64,000 bases of DNA from the human T2T-CHM13v2.0 reference genome, Homo sapiens. Within the stretch, counting starts at the first letter, position 1. Each line of letters starts with the position of its first letter. The stretch is taken from assembly GCF_009914755.1 (NCBI RefSeq), contig NC_060932.1. One strand, 5' to 3'. Position numbers and translations under genes: made by a program. The notes beneath the pieces are model-generated. The model was given only the letters and a program-made list of their open reading frames with translations. It was not told where the DNA came from and did no database searches. Shown piece by piece: positions 14,045 through 28,200 of the stretch.

Positions 14045-14700
14045 TTTTTTTTATTTTTTATTGTGGTAAAATATTGATAACATAAAAATTTTCCATTTTA
14101 ACCATTTTTAAGTATACAGATTAGTGTCATTAAGTACATTCAAAATGCTGTGCGATCATCACTACTGTCCATTTTCCAACTTTGTCATCTTCCCAAACTG
14201 CTTCGCTGTGCAATTTAACACTAACCCTCATTCTTCCCTCCCCCACCCTCTGGCAGCCACCATTCTACTTTCTGCCTCCGTGAGTCCAACTGTCCAGGTA
14301 GCTCCTATGAGTGGAATCATACAATATTTGTCCTTTTGAATCTAGTTTATTTCACTTATGTAATATCTTCAGAGTTCACCTGTGTTGTAGCATGTGTCAG
14401 AATTTCATTTTTTCAAAGTTCACCTGTGTTGTAGTATGTGTCAGAATTTCATTTTTTCAAAGGCTGAATAATATTTCGTGGCATGTATATATCAGATATT
14501 GTTTATCCATTAATGGGGGTTTGAGTTGTTTCTACCTTTTTGGCTATTCTGAATAATGCTGCTGTGAACAGTATACAGAAATACCTGTTTGAGTCCCTGC
14601 TTTAAATTCTTTTGGTAGATACCTAAGAGTGGAATTGGTCAGTCATATGGTAATTCTGTGTTTAATTTTTTGAGGACACCATACGGTTTTTCTGGAGCAG
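14045..14700 (-). mobile_element. old L1 (L1M-type) 3' end with an internal 44-bp tandem duplication (14373-14460)
   Basis: Typical antisense L1M 3'UTR motifs (accattctactttctg, gtggaatcatacaatatttgtcc, gtcatatggtaattctgtg). Confidence 0.8.
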
Positions 14701-17284
14701 GTGATTTTTGATGCAGGTGTCACCCAGAGAAGCCTGTATATGCCCTTGTAAACATGTCCAAATTTGAAGGTCTCTAGAGGTATCCATGAGATGTATCAGT
14801 GTCACTGCAGCAATTTTTTTTTTTTTTTTTTTTACCATCTTGCCATTTCATGGTTCAGCAGAAAAGCTGATGGGCAGGGGATTGTGAAGAATCCCATGTT
14901 GCCCATATGGTGGCCTTCATTACTGGGTAGTGTGTTCCTTATGAGAGTGCTGGTCATCGGGCATGCCCAGGGCAGAAAACTCGAGGGCCTCTAGCTTACT
15001 GCATATAGGCAGGAATTCAACAACAGTTTTTGAGTAGCCAGAGTCCAGAGCACAGAAATGACAGATGGAAATTAAATCTTGAAAGAACATATTAGCAGAT
15101 GGAAATGGTACGCAAACTGATAAAGAGGAGTGGGTGGGAAGGAGGGGAAGTATGCCGTGAATGCATCGTGAATACATGTGAGTGCATGGTGTCAATCATG
15201 AACTCGATTCTGATCCGCAGCACAGGGACTGAACATGATTTATAAATGAAGAGCAAGGTTTCTGTTTTGCCCAAAGATCCAGAGTAAGTGAAATGATTTT
15301 AGTAAGAGAAAGCATAAATCCATACATAAAATTAGGGGAGAGATACAGGCGGGAAACCTGAGATGCAGTTTACACATGGAGCAGAGGAAGAGACTCATTC
15401 CAAATATTGATGACTGGATTCTTCAATTCCTTGCATAATTTTTTTTTAGAACTTCTCACTTACATTAATGAATACATCTAGTATATAAACAGGTGGTACT
15501 TGTATAATATTACACTATTACAATATGTTGTGTCTTTAGGCAGTAGTCATGGAAATCTTTCAACTGTGGGTGGCCAGATAATGACAATGTCAGATTTATT
15601 TTGGTTGTGACTGAATACACATACTGTTTCAGCAATTGCTGTCAGAGAGATTGGGCTAGTGCTGTAGGTGAATGCAGTGTTGGGCGAGAGTATGATTTGC
15701 TGCAAGTAAGAAGAGAAAGGCATTGTATAATTCCAGCTGGGATCAAGAAAGATTGTGTATGTTTACTTTATGAATATATGACAGTGAAGTTACAGAAGAA
15801 AATAGTGCTTCTCAGTGACCCAATACTGAAGGGTGAGCTAGTGAATAGCTGGATACTCTCGAATGTTTTAATAGATATTGTGACCCAGTGCTATCGTGCA
15901 GCAATTACTGCTGGTGCTAGTGTTGGTTTAAATATTTGATTTCATCTCTTCCGGTGTGCCACTGTAAATTTTATTCCAATGAGCTCATAAACACAAATGT
16001 AGGAATTACATCCTTATATAGTTTCTTTCTCTGGAGAGTTGTAAAGTACTCATAAGTGTCAAATAATTTTATGAACCTAGAAATAATTGGATTAATTTTT
16101 AAATGTGTTACGTGTGCCTGTACTCTGGTCATATAGTACTCAACATATAGCTGCTAACCCTGCTAGATGGTTTTAGAACGTTGCCTGTTTCCTTGGAGAT
16201 GCAGAAAAGATGCATTGGTTTTTCTCCTTAATAAATCAAACAGCTAATAACGTTTGGTCATGAAAAATAAGGAACTCTCAGCATTGTCCTTTATGATAAT
16301 TCTGAGTATACCAGATAATAAGAAACTGATGTAAGGACATTAAAAAATACTCTACAAAAATTGTTTCAACTTGATTGTATATATTTTTTAAATGATGAAA
16401 TAACCAATATACATGTGGGACGTTTTGCATGCTACCAATAAATAAATACATCCACACATATATAAGAAAGTTGAGTGTTACATTGGGCAAAATAATCATT
16501 GAGGCACTTCCAATTCTAAAATTTTGGTTCTGACTAATAAGGGGAGTATTTCAGGACATAAATCCCTAGTTGACATTCCCCTGGGTGGTAAATAGCCATT
16601 ATGTGGAAAGCAGGCAGATCGTTGTTGAGGGTGTAGTATCCACCATAGACTTACATGGTTCTACTGAGTCAGTCATGGCCTCTGTGGTCTTTCCTCAAGA
16701 AGGGAATCTGGAATTGGAAAGGAGGGGGGTGGGGCTGAAACAATTCAGTGGTTGTAGGAACTTGGAGTTGAGTTGTAGCCATGTGTAGAAAAGGAAACAC
16801 CCATACAACTCTATCTAAACAGGAGAAGTAAACTTACAGCTGCCCTCAAATCTGCACAACTTGCTGGCACTAGGAGCCTCTTCTATTTTAATTTGAGACA
16901 GGGATTATAGGATTCCATTGAGTAAGCTTTGAAATGAGGACACTAAGATCAGGGGGCCAGCCCTGAGATCAGATTTCCTTATTTATCTACATTGCTTAGT
17001 GCAGTCAGTGATTCAGAAATGGTCCTTCCCTTTGCCAAGATGAAAGTGGCAGTGAGTTTTTCATGGCCATCATTATGAGGTGACGTCTTTATTCCTTTTT
17101 CAGAACTGATAGATTGAAAGACCGACACATTCCTAATGATTTAAATACAAACATTCCGTGAATGTTTACCCAGCCTTCAATTAGATAAGTTAGATTTTAC
17201 ACCATCTGTTTCTGTCGAGTAGAGCTGCTTAGCTATTTAGAGCAATGATTTGGTCATCAAATTGCTACAGAAATGATGTTGAAT

Positions 17285-18170
17285 TCCGCCACATGTGACA
17301 ACATGGATGAACCTGGAAGACATTGGGCTACATGAGAAAAAGCCAGTCACAGAAGGACAGATACTGCCTTCTTCTGCTTGTATGAGGTGTAATGCCCAAC
17401 CTTGTTTTTACTAACCCTGTTTTTAGACTCTCCCTTTCCTTTAATCACCTAGCCTTGTTTGCACCTGAGTTGACTCTCCTTTGGCTAAGAGAGCCAGACA
17501 GACTCCATCTTGGTTCTTTCACTGGCAGCCCCTTCCTCAAGGACTTAACTTGTGCAAGCTGACTCCCAGCACATCCAAGAATGCAATTAACTGATCAGCT
17601 ACTGTGGCGAACTATATCCGCAGTTCCCAGGAATTCGTCCGATTGATAAAGCCCAAAGCCCCGCGTCTATCACCTTGTTAATAGTCTTAAAGCCCCTGCA
17701 CCTGGAACTGTTTACTTTCCTGTATCCATTTATCCTTTTAACTTTTTTGCCTACTTTACTTCTGTAAAATTGTTTTAACTAGACCCTGCCTCCCCTTTCT
17801 AAACCAAAGTATAAAAGAAAATCTAGCCCCTTTTTCAGGGCCGAGAGAACTGAGCGTTAGCTCTCTCTTGGCCGCCGGCTAAATATACGGACTTTTAATT
17901 CGTCTCAAAGTGTGGCGTTTTCTCTAACTCGCTCAAGCACAACAGAGGTATCTACAATAGTCAGCTAAAGGAAAGAGAGACCGTTTGTTGGTTGCCAGGG
18001 GCTGAAGGGAGAAGGAGATGGGGAGTGGGCTGCAGTTTAGTGGGTACAAAGTTTCAGGTACGTTAGATGAATGAGTTCTAGAGATCGGCTCTACATCCAC
18101 GTGCCTATACTCAACCATACGGTATTATGCACTTACAGTTATTTCAGAGAGTAGATCTCAAGTCTTCTTA
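17285..18170 (+). mobile_element. old L1 (L1MB/MC-like) 3' end, interrupted by an LTR
   Basis: acatggatgaacctggaagacatt...tgtatgagg|tatct...ggttgccaggggc...gagttctagagatc. Confidence 0.75.
17388..17944 (+). mobile_element. solo ERV1-class LTR, resembles LTR6A/B (HERV-S71)
   Basis: 557 bp, TG...CA ends, 4-bp TSD GAGG, TATAAAA at ~17810; family assignment from recall only. Confidence 0.8.
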
Positions 18171-18974
18171 ATGCAGTAAATTATAATAATAAGGAAATGC
18201 TGAGTAACACTTATAACCTGGAGACTTTTATAAACGTAAGGATTAAGAGCTACCAACCAGGAGAGATCCATATTCTGTCTCTCTTAATGTCAGTGTCTGC
18301 ATGTGAGAAATGTGTTTTAGGAGTGTGCCTGTGTAGTACAAATTGGAGTAATTATCGTTCCTCCTTTCTTCTGCTTTGGATGGAGGTCAGGAAGCCTATC
18401 CCATCTCTTACTCTTTCTAGTATCACCATTTTACTGTTGCTCTAGGAACCCAGAGCCCGGTTCCTCCCCAAATTCTTGAAGTGGGATGGTTAGGAAAGTC
18501 CATATTCAGGTAGTGCCCTGAAATATGGCCAAATATTTGAATTTTTTGTATCCAAAGTTTGTAAAATTATGTTTGCAGAGGTTTTAAGTTGGTTGGTGGA
18601 GCAAGGGTGACCAGAAGAGGACATTTTAAACCCTACTTTCTAGAGTGACCCAGATCAGAAGTAACAGGGAGTGGCAAGAGTATCAAGCACAGACCAAGAA
18701 CTGAGAGAAAGCAAGGAAGAGAACGGCTGCCCAGGACAAAGCAGCCCAGTGGCTGCGAGGCATCCGATGTCACAGATCCTGGCAGGCCACACAGAATCCT
18801 TGTATGAGTTTTGGGGCCAAACAGGCCTATATGTAGATCCCATCATGACTTGGATGACGTTAGAAGTTATACCTCTGTGAGACTGTCTTCTCAGCATTTG
18901 AAATGATAATAATACCAACCTCACAGATTGTTGTAAGGTTTAAATGAGATCAACATTCAAAGAATTGAGCACAA

Positions 18975-19292
18975 GGCCGGGTGCGGTGGCTCATGCCTGT
19001 CATCCCAGCACTTTGGGAGGCTGAGGTGGGAGAATCATTTGAGCCCAGGAGTTCAAGAACAGCCTGGACAACAAAGGGAGATGCTATCGCTACAAAAAAA
19101 AATAAAATTATAAATTAGGAGGGCATGGTGGCACGCATCTGTGGTCCCAGCTACTCAGGAGGCTGAGGCGGAAAGATTGATTAAATCTGGGTGGTCGAGG
19201 CAGCATGAGCCGTGATTGCACCACTGCATTCCAGCTTGAGAGACGGAAAAAGACCCTGTCTTAAAAAAAAAAAAGAAAGAAAGAAAGAAAAA
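18975..19292 (+). mobile_element. AluJ-like
   Basis: TSD aaagaattgagcacaa on both sides. Confidence 0.95.
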
Positions 19293-19369
19293 GAATTGAG
19301 CACAAATCCCTGGCATAGAGAGCATTCAACAAATGCTCCTGTAAAGCTGCAGTCTGATTTTGGAGGATG

Positions 19370-19958
19370 CTGCAAGCTATATTCTGTGCCTCCAAAATTC
19401 TTAGGTGAAAGTCCTGAACTCCAGGACTTCAGAATTTATTTGGAGAAAGGGTCTTTAAAGAAATAATTAAGTTAAAACGAAGTCACCAGAGTAATCCCTT
19501 ATCCAACGTGACTTGCTGTCCTTAAAAGAAGAAATTTGGATACAGAGAGGCATCGAGGGAAAATGATGTGAACGTACAGAGAGTAGGTGGTCGCTGCAAG
19601 CAAAGGAGAGAGACCTAGGAAGAGACCAACCCTGCCGGCACCTCAATTTGTGCTCTATTCTTTTTCTTCTTCTTCTTCTTTTTTTTTTTTTAACAAGGTC
19701 TTGCTCTGTCTCCCAATCTGGAATACAGTGGCGTAATCACAGCTCGTGCTGCCTCGACCACCCAGATTTAATCAATCTTTCTGACTCAGCCTGCTGAGTA
19801 GCTGGGACCACAGGTGCATGCCACGATGCCCTGCTAATTTATAATTTAAAAAAAATTTTTTATCTCCATCTTCTAGAGTCCAGAAATGTGAGAACATAGA
19901 TTTCTATTTAAGGCCCATAGTCTGTGATACTTTGTTATGACAGCTGTAGCAAATACAG
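19370..19958 (+). mobile_element. MLT1 (ERVL-MaLR) LTR, split by an inverted insertion at 19646-19861
   Basis: gggtctttaaagaaataattaagttaaaa...ccaaccctgccggcacct|...|atctcc...ctttgttatgacagctgtagcaaataca. Confidence 0.8.
19646..19861 (-). repeat. inverted copy of 19094-19307 (Alu right arm + tail + 3' flank)
   Basis: Shares private variants (cccagatttaatcaatctttc) and the non-Alu flank atttgtgctc. Confidence 0.9.
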
Positions 19959-20287
19959 GTATTATCACGAAGACTTGGAATGCGATGAACACCTGATCTC
20001 ATAGCCCAGCAGGTAAGGGAGGAAAATCAGGGCAGCCTCGAGTCTACTGTGCTGGAAGGGAGATATGTTTGGATGTTGCACTCAGTAGGCTTCCCTTAAC
20101 ACACAGTCACTAGTTTTTGTTATATTGTTAATAGTGTTATGCAGAAGCTTTTGATGGCTGATCTAGAGGCCAAAGCACAGAAAGCAAATCTTTTGGGTCA
20201 TAACCTACCCTTAAGAGACTTCCCATATCTTGGTTTATATGCTTTAACTTAGTATTGTTCATTTTTGTGTTTGATATTGTGTTATTC

Positions 20288-20605
<318 letters not shown>

Positions 20606-23328
20606 TCACATTGTGCTATTCTTCAGGAAAAGGTTGCCAGTAATTTCTGGGCCATTTTCCATCGTTCTTTGATAATTTCTAGCATAGTTTAGCTCAGTAT
20701 AGCTGTTTAGAGATGTGTTCTGAGGTAGAGGCTGGGGAAATCATCAGACTCCATAGGGCGTTGGCATAGGACCAATGCATGCCAAGCCCTGTTAGAATCT
20801 GGACAGGGCGTTGTGGGTTGCAGGTGTGGGTGGGGTTGACAGGAAAGGAGCTCTGGGAGACGTAGGGCAAAAGTTTAAAAATTTACTGGTTTAGTTTTTT
20901 TCTCATTCTACTAATTCACCCACATTGTAATTTATTTGCATTTTTCTGCTTATTCACGCTTAAAAGGCTTTCCAGCAGTTTATTCCTAACAACTTGGCAT
21001 TTCACGCTGCAGAAAATTTTAGCGTTACTACATGCTAATTATTCACTATGCACTTCTTCCCCTAGATTGTTAATAAACTGCTAGCACTAAACTTTAGGAA
21101 ACTCCTACTCCTAACATGTCACAGTTTGGTGATGAATTTATCCTCCATATTTGATGAACAGACCTTAATAATGCGCCAAATTCTATTCTAGGTGCTTTTA
21201 CCTTCTAGTTTAATTCTCAAAAGAGCTCGGTGAGATAAACATTGAGATAATGTTCAGAGAATCTAAATAACTTGTTCAACGTAAAACATCACACAGGATT
21301 CAAACCTCAGTGAGGGTCATGGAAAAGACACAAGTAAATGAAAATACAGGTTGTGTGAGATGCTAAGAGACGAATAATGTATTGCCATAGTGTCTGACTA
21401 GACAGGAAAAGCTGGTATTTAAACTGCACCCTGAAGGAAGAGAAAGAAGGAGCCAAGCGTGGAGTCAGGTGTGGAGCTTTTCAGACTGGGCAAAGACGCT
21501 AAGGTTTGGTGTGTTTTTGAAACAGGAGCTCAGTGTGGCTGCAGCTTAGTGAGCAAAGGGACTAGTGACCAGAAGTGGTCTTGGAGGACAGAGAGGAAGA
21601 GCCAGATCATGCTTGACCACTGAGGCTGAAGTGAGGAGATTGGACTTTATTTTACTGTAAATTGAGTGCAGAGCCTTGGGAGGGTTCTTAGTGAGATGAT
21701 ATCACTGAATTGCATTTTAAATGAGATCATGGTTTTCTTATTGCAAAATGAATTTTCAGGGAATTGTGTGGGGATCCATTGAGGTAGTCGATTGCCTTGC
21801 CCCGTGTTTGTGGTTAGTAGACTGTTAGGAATATCAGGACTGGCTTGTATGTTAACTGAGAAAGTACAAACTGAAAACCGTGTGTTTGGAATTCAAGTTT
21901 TGCACCATCGAAGACTTATTGCTAACCTTTGCTTCTATTTTGAAGCTACTTATCTGTCCTTGACAAAGCAGTTCCTGCTTATTTACTGATCAGTTTGTTG
22001 TTAGAATGACTTTTGCCTTAGGTCTTCAAAAGTCAAGATTTTTTCACCGAGAATACATCACGGTAGGATTTAAGATAATTTTATAGCCAGAGAAACCTTC
22101 AAGATAAAGTGCAAATTTTAGTTTAAACAGTAAAATTAAAGCGCCGCTCAGCTGAGTGCCGTGATCAAGATCACACATATTGGGAGGATTGGGCTGGAGT
22201 CCAGGTCTCCTACCACCCAGTTCACTGCCAGTGCAGAGGATCAAGGGAGGGTACAATGTTAGCTTGGTTAAGACACAAGAAAGCCCAGAGTGACAGAAGC
22301 ATCATGCACAAGAGGAAAGACGTGTGAGGTGAGTTTGGAGAGAAAGGCAGGCGTTTTGAGTTATCAATAAAATCACAATGACATATAAGGACAACAAAGA
22401 AAAAAAAAGAAACAGTTTGACTTAAAGTATAATAAAAAATATAATATGTAAAAATATATAAGTAGATAGGTTATAAAGAAAATAAATTCAAAAATGTATT
22501 AGGAAGAAAAGGGTACCATTGCAATTAAACTGAAAATGTTAACGTGAATAACATGTTTTTCTTGCATGTCATTAAATAAGGTCTGGAAGGGGTGTCACTT
22601 TTGACCTCTAATACACTAAAAATGAACCAGAGATTTTTGGAAAGTAGCTAAAAGGACAAAGGATTTGGCTTCAAGGGGTTCCCCTGGCCAATTTTGTCAA
22701 AGAATTCTCTATGAATTTGACAGACTTTTTCCAAAAGAAGAGCATAATTAATTCTGTTAGAGTAATTTGAGTACAGAAAATTAGCTTAGGGAGGGTGTTG
22801 GTGACCTTGACACGGGTGATTGCAGTGGAATGCTGGGGAATTAGACCAATTGGAGTTGGATGAGGAGGTAAAAGGAGGTTGGGGGTAGAGAGAGTGATTT
22901 TGGATGATTGTTAAATTTTCCTGTGAAAAGGCCAGAAAGTGGGATGGCAGCTAGAGACATGAAGTCAGGGGACAGACTTTGTTGGGACAGGAGATGTTAA
23001 AGCATATTGTAAAGATATTAAAGCATAAAGTATTTTTGTCATAATCTTTTGAATGTGAGCTACTTCTGTGAATTAACTGAAAATGTTTTCATAACTACAT
23101 CCTTGTTTTTTCAGTTAGTTTTTACTTCTAACTAAAATGATATCATAAATGCTAAGCTTCAGCACAGAGGTAGAGTCTTATTTACCATTTTGTTCTCAAC
23201 AGTGTAAGCACAGTATAGTCAATTAATGTTTCTCAATAAATGAGTTAAAGATAAACAGAAAAAATGTAGAGCTTGGCTATAAAATTATCCTTCAGATTCA
23301 TCCATTAGGACCAAGTCTCTGTTTTGGG

Positions 23329-23367
23329 GTGTTTGTGTGTGTGTGTGTGTGTGTGTTTGTGTGTGTG
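23329..23367. repeat. (TG)n microsatellite
   Basis: Seen directly in the sequence. Confidence 0.95.
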
Positions 23368-24037
23368 GGGGTGGGGGGCGGTATTCTTCATTATCAGATG
23401 TCTGAGGCTAGGCTGGAAATTGCATAGTGGTTTTATATTGAAAAGTTAGTGTGTATGAGCAATAAAGGTAAATTATTCCTCCAAAGGAGAGAGATTGAAT
23501 TTGAAGACAAGAAAAAGAAAATTCAGATTAAGAAAATAAATGTTAAAATCACAGCAATATACATTTGCAATAAAATACCCCAAAATCACATTGTTTTAGA
23601 AACACTTTACTGTTCTTTGCTAAGTCAAAAGGGGGAGTTCATTTTTTGTCTATTATGAAGGTGTAGTAGCACACAAGTAGCCATGTAAGTATCTGAAAGC
23701 TTGAATTTTGGATATATTTATGACTAAAAGTTCAACTAGATTTAAGTTACCATCAGTTTACTAGGCTGCTGTATCTCAATAGATACCATTTAGGACAGTA
23801 ACACTTTAATAATAATCACCAAAGCCAATTTTTAAATAATCAATTGGTAAAAAATGTACGAGTGGAATAACCTTTGAGATGATCTCCTGCTTTTAATCAA
23901 GGTTGAATTTAAATCATTCTAGACTAAATTAATATATATAAATCATTCTAGACTATATTAATATATAGTATCTATATATACACATACACACACATCCTAT
24001 TAAATCTTTTTCTGTGGAGAACCCTGACTAATACATA

Positions 24038-24232
24038 GGGCTGGAATACTTTCTTCACAAAAGGCTAAACAGTAAATATTTTAGGCTTTGCAGTCCATAC
24101 TTTCCCTGTCTCAGCTACCTAACTCTGTCATTGTAGCACATAAGTAGCCATGTAAGTGAATGGATGCATACATGTTTCAATAAAACTTTATTTATAGAAA
24201 CAGGCATCTAGCTGTGTTTGGACCAAGGGTTC
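24038..24232. mobile_element. MER58-like MITE, preceded by a short ERVL/MLT2-like LTR end (~23990-24036)
   Basis: agtaaatattttaggctttgc...caataaaactttatttat; ggagaaccctgactaataca. Confidence 0.65.
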
Positions 24233-24529
24233 TAGGATTAAATGATTGCTTGGTAGTTCAGTCAAAAGAGATAAGGGAGGTATACATTTGAAAGGATGTT
24301 TCATTCAAGCCAGGTTGGATTAAGGAGCAGTTCGTCATCCTTTTCTATATTATGGGTTATTACTTTGACAGTCTCACTCTTTAACTTCAATTTTACCTGT
24401 TTTATTTTTACACAAGGATTTCTTAAAAAACAATTAATGTTATAACAAAAAACTGTCACTCTTATCAGTCTTACCAATTCTAAACTGAGGACTGATTAGT
24501 TCAGCCTTTTTATATGTTGTCCTACTCTG

Positions 24530-24832
24530 TTTCTTTCTCTCTTTTTTTTGAGACAGGGTCACGCTCTGTTGCCCAGGCTTGAATGCAGTAGCAGGATCAC
24601 AGCTCACTGCAGCCTCGACCTCCTGTGCTCAAGTGATCTTCCCACCTCAGCCTCCCGAGTAGCTGGAACCATGGGTGGGCACCACTATGCCTGGCTAATT
24701 TTTAAATTTTTTTGTAGAGATGATGTTTCACTGTGTTGCCCGGGCCAATCTCAAACTCCTGGCCTCAAAACTATGCTCTCACCTTGGCCTCCCAAAGTGC
24801 TGGGATTAGAGGTTTGAGCCACTGTGCCTGGT
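24530..24832 (-). mobile_element. AluJ-like
   Basis: Reverse-strand Alu. Confidence 0.92.
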
Positions 24833-24964
24833 TGTCCTGTCTTTCTTACGGGAATGATCAGTGGCGGTGGAGGGGGTGAGCGTAAAGCGCAGCCAGATAA
24901 TACAACTGGTGACCCAATCTACAAGCTTTGTAGCATCGATGATGGTTCTAGATTTTAAGATGAA

Positions 24965-25287
24965 GTTCTTTTTTTGTTTTCTTTATTTCTTCTTCTTTTT
25001 GTTTTAAGAAACAGGGTCTCACTCTATCGCACAGGCTGGAGTACAGTGATGTGATCATAGCTTAGTGCAGCCTTGAACTACTGGGCTCAATCAGTTCTCC
25101 TGCCCCCAGTCTCCCAAGTAGCTGGGACCACAGGCAGTGCCACCACACCCAGCTAAAAAAAAAAGTTTATTTGTAGAGACACAGTCTCAATGTGTTGTCC
25201 AGGCTGATCTCCAACTCTTGGCCTTAAGTGATCCTCCCACTTTGGCCTCCCGAAGTGCTGGCATTTCATGCGTGGGCCGCCCAGCCC
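24965..25287 (-). mobile_element. AluJ-like
   Basis: Reverse-strand Alu, diverged. Confidence 0.9.
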
Positions 25288-28200
25288 AAAATGTGATTCC
25301 TGAAGGCCATAATTTTACTTTTGGCAAACAGGAACATTCTTGGTAACTATAGTAGTAATTTACCTTTTTCACTTTCTCTCTTCCTATATACCGTCAGGGC
25401 CAAGAAAGTGCTGCAATTCCCACAATTAATCACAGAGGAACTTGAAGTTCTGGAGGTATATTGGAAGATTAGAAATTGCTAAAGCAAAATATTATCATTG
25501 TAGGGCATGGACCAAAAAGAAATTAGGCTAATCCAAGATAAAATGAGGCAAATAAGTGTTTGAAATTAAAATTAAAATTGTGATTCACAGTGTTCCTATT
25601 GTGTGTATTTAGATGGTATGAATGGTGCCATCCACCAGATGTAGGATTGGTAAATATTTTAGTGTAATAATAGCAATGCTTTTAATTCCCAGGAATAAAC
25701 TGCACCTAACTTCTTTGGGGTGATTATAAGATTTAGGTCTTTATTTTTTTTTAAAGTAATTGTTTTTATTCATTAAGTTAAACAGTGCCTATCCAAAATA
25801 GATTCTTTCACATTTAAGTTCTCAAAAGGACTAACTGGCACATCAAGATCGAAGTTTTAACATCTCATCATTACTCTGTGTTAAGAATGAAGACCACTTT
25901 TTTGGTTTAAACAAGTTTCTGAAATGACACATCCGTTTAAAAAGGCAATTGACTTATAAGATAATTCAGATTTACATTATTTTTCACCTTTTATTTTCAC
26001 TCGCCAAGTCTATTTTTGTTCAACATTTTGCATTTATTTCTTTCAGGAGCCTGTACAAATATTACTTTTCTCTTTGTAATTTGTCTTCCTTGTTTAGCCC
26101 CCTTTCCTATACGTTATACATTACAGTTAATATTATCAAGATGAAAGATGATATATTATAATTGTACATTCATGGGGCTTACTCTACACAAGGCACTGTG
26201 TTAAGTACATTGTTTTATTGTCCCTTTGAATTCTCGCTACAGCCCTAATGCTACTGCTGCAGCAATCACCCTCATTTTGTAGTGGAATAAGTGGGATAGC
26301 TTATGTAAGCCAGCAAGTGGCAGAGGCAGGATTGGACCTTGCCTTCTTTATCCCCAGCCATTGCTCTTTGGTGCTATTATGCTTAGTAATAATCTCTTTT
26401 CCATTTTGACAAATTCAACTATAAAAAAGTACAATACTAAGGAAGAACCAAAACCAAGCTGGGGGTGGAGGGAACCCTGTGAACTTATAGACCCTGTCTG
26501 TCTTCAAAGTTGCTTGAAGCCCAGTTGAAGCCAGTATCTCCCTCAGCTTTTTCCTTTTTAAAGGAACAGGAACCATTTTGTCTTCTCCCTCTCTCCTCTC
26601 TTTAGAGAAGTGTTTTCTTCACCTCACAGAAGAGATTACTTTCGCTTTTTTCAACTATCAGTTGAGTGCTATGGTGTGCTAAGCTAACATGGTAATAGAA
26701 ATAACTTTTCTCTTGAGTTTTTCATGCCCACAAAAGAAAAATGAATACTTCTCATATGTCCGCTTTGATATACCAGTTTTATGTGATTCAAATTAGTTGT
26801 CATGGTCTGTTTGTCTAAGTCAGTCTCTTACTCAGTAAACATTAATGGGGCAGATGCTCTATGCCAGTTCTTGTGCTTTAATGAGGAATTAATTTTAATA
26901 TGATCCAGCAGAGCTGGAAGTTGTAACGTTTTTGTTACAGGCAGGAAATGTTTAAATTGAAAATAAAAGAATTTCTAAGGTAGAATTAATGTGCTATTCG
27001 TCGTGACTTTGAGAATAAAGCTCATTTGCTTTAGTAAAAACTGAGTAAACCTCAGTTTTCTGTTGACAAAAATTGAAATAACTATTAATTTATCTCAATA
27101 ACTGGTTTAAAGGAAATGAGATAAAGAAGGCTATACAACACTTGAAATTTCTCTATGGTAAAAATTGAAGAATAGGTATCAGCATCATTGTTAAATCAAA
27201 CAAATTGAAATTCTGTCTGTGAAGTAAGAAAATTAAATAATCCTGGATTAAAACTCAAAATCCACATTAAAACCAATAGTTATTTTTAGAAGACCTGTCC
27301 CAATTATGTTCAGTATTGCTATTTAGTTTTTGTATTGTTATAAATAATCAAATTATATTTGATTACCATCTATATTGTTTCAAAAATGAGTCTCTATTTT
27401 TCATATGTTATCTTTATATACATAAATATTAGAAAAGTGTTTGAGGCTAAATTTGAGCAATCTTTTCTTGAACAGTTACTTTTGAACAAAAATATTTGCA
27501 TTTGACAATAACTTTGTATTTTATGTGTTTTTACTCTGTGAGAAAGGAAACTTTGAACTTGACAACTCTGCCATTAAACTGAAAATTACAAGGTAAATCA
27601 CTGATTTACTAATTAAGTAACCATGGTTGAAAGAACATTCATTTCCTGAGTATCACAAAGCAAAACCTTGCATAGTCCATATATCTGTTAATGAAATAAG
27701 TTAATTTGCAAACTTTGATAATGTTACTTAATCAGTGGCAAGTGATAAAAATGTTGCTAGTACTTATTAAATCATTTAAAATAGCTATATGCAGTTTTAT
27801 TTGCAATATATATATAACAGATATGAGATTTCTGTCCAGAATATATAAAAGGCTCTCAGTAACTAAGTAGGCCAATAGGAAAATAATCATTCACATAGAA
27901 GAGAAAGGAAATCCCAATCATAGTGTTTTAAAAATAATGCCAAACTGCACTAATAATAAGGGAAATGAATGCTAAAATAATGATTTTTATTTAGGCCTAT
28001 GATGTCGACAAAAATTAAACAGAGTTACGTTTACAGGAAATTGAACCGGCTCATAATCTTGGCGAAAGTGTAATTGGATACAGCCTTTTGAACTGATCCC
28101 TTTCATTCTACAAATGTTACACAATTATTTACTATAAAGATGAATTTATGTGTAAGTTGTGTACTTTTAAAAAAATAGAACATCTGTGGATTTTGAATTA

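Noticed and set aside
14373-14460. 44-bp tandem duplication (also short ones near 10468 and 52224)
   Set aside because: Ordinary slippage or repair duplications in neutral sequence.
15213-15235. REST/NRSE-like cagcacagggac
   Set aside because: Half-site spacing and flanks do not fit the consensus.
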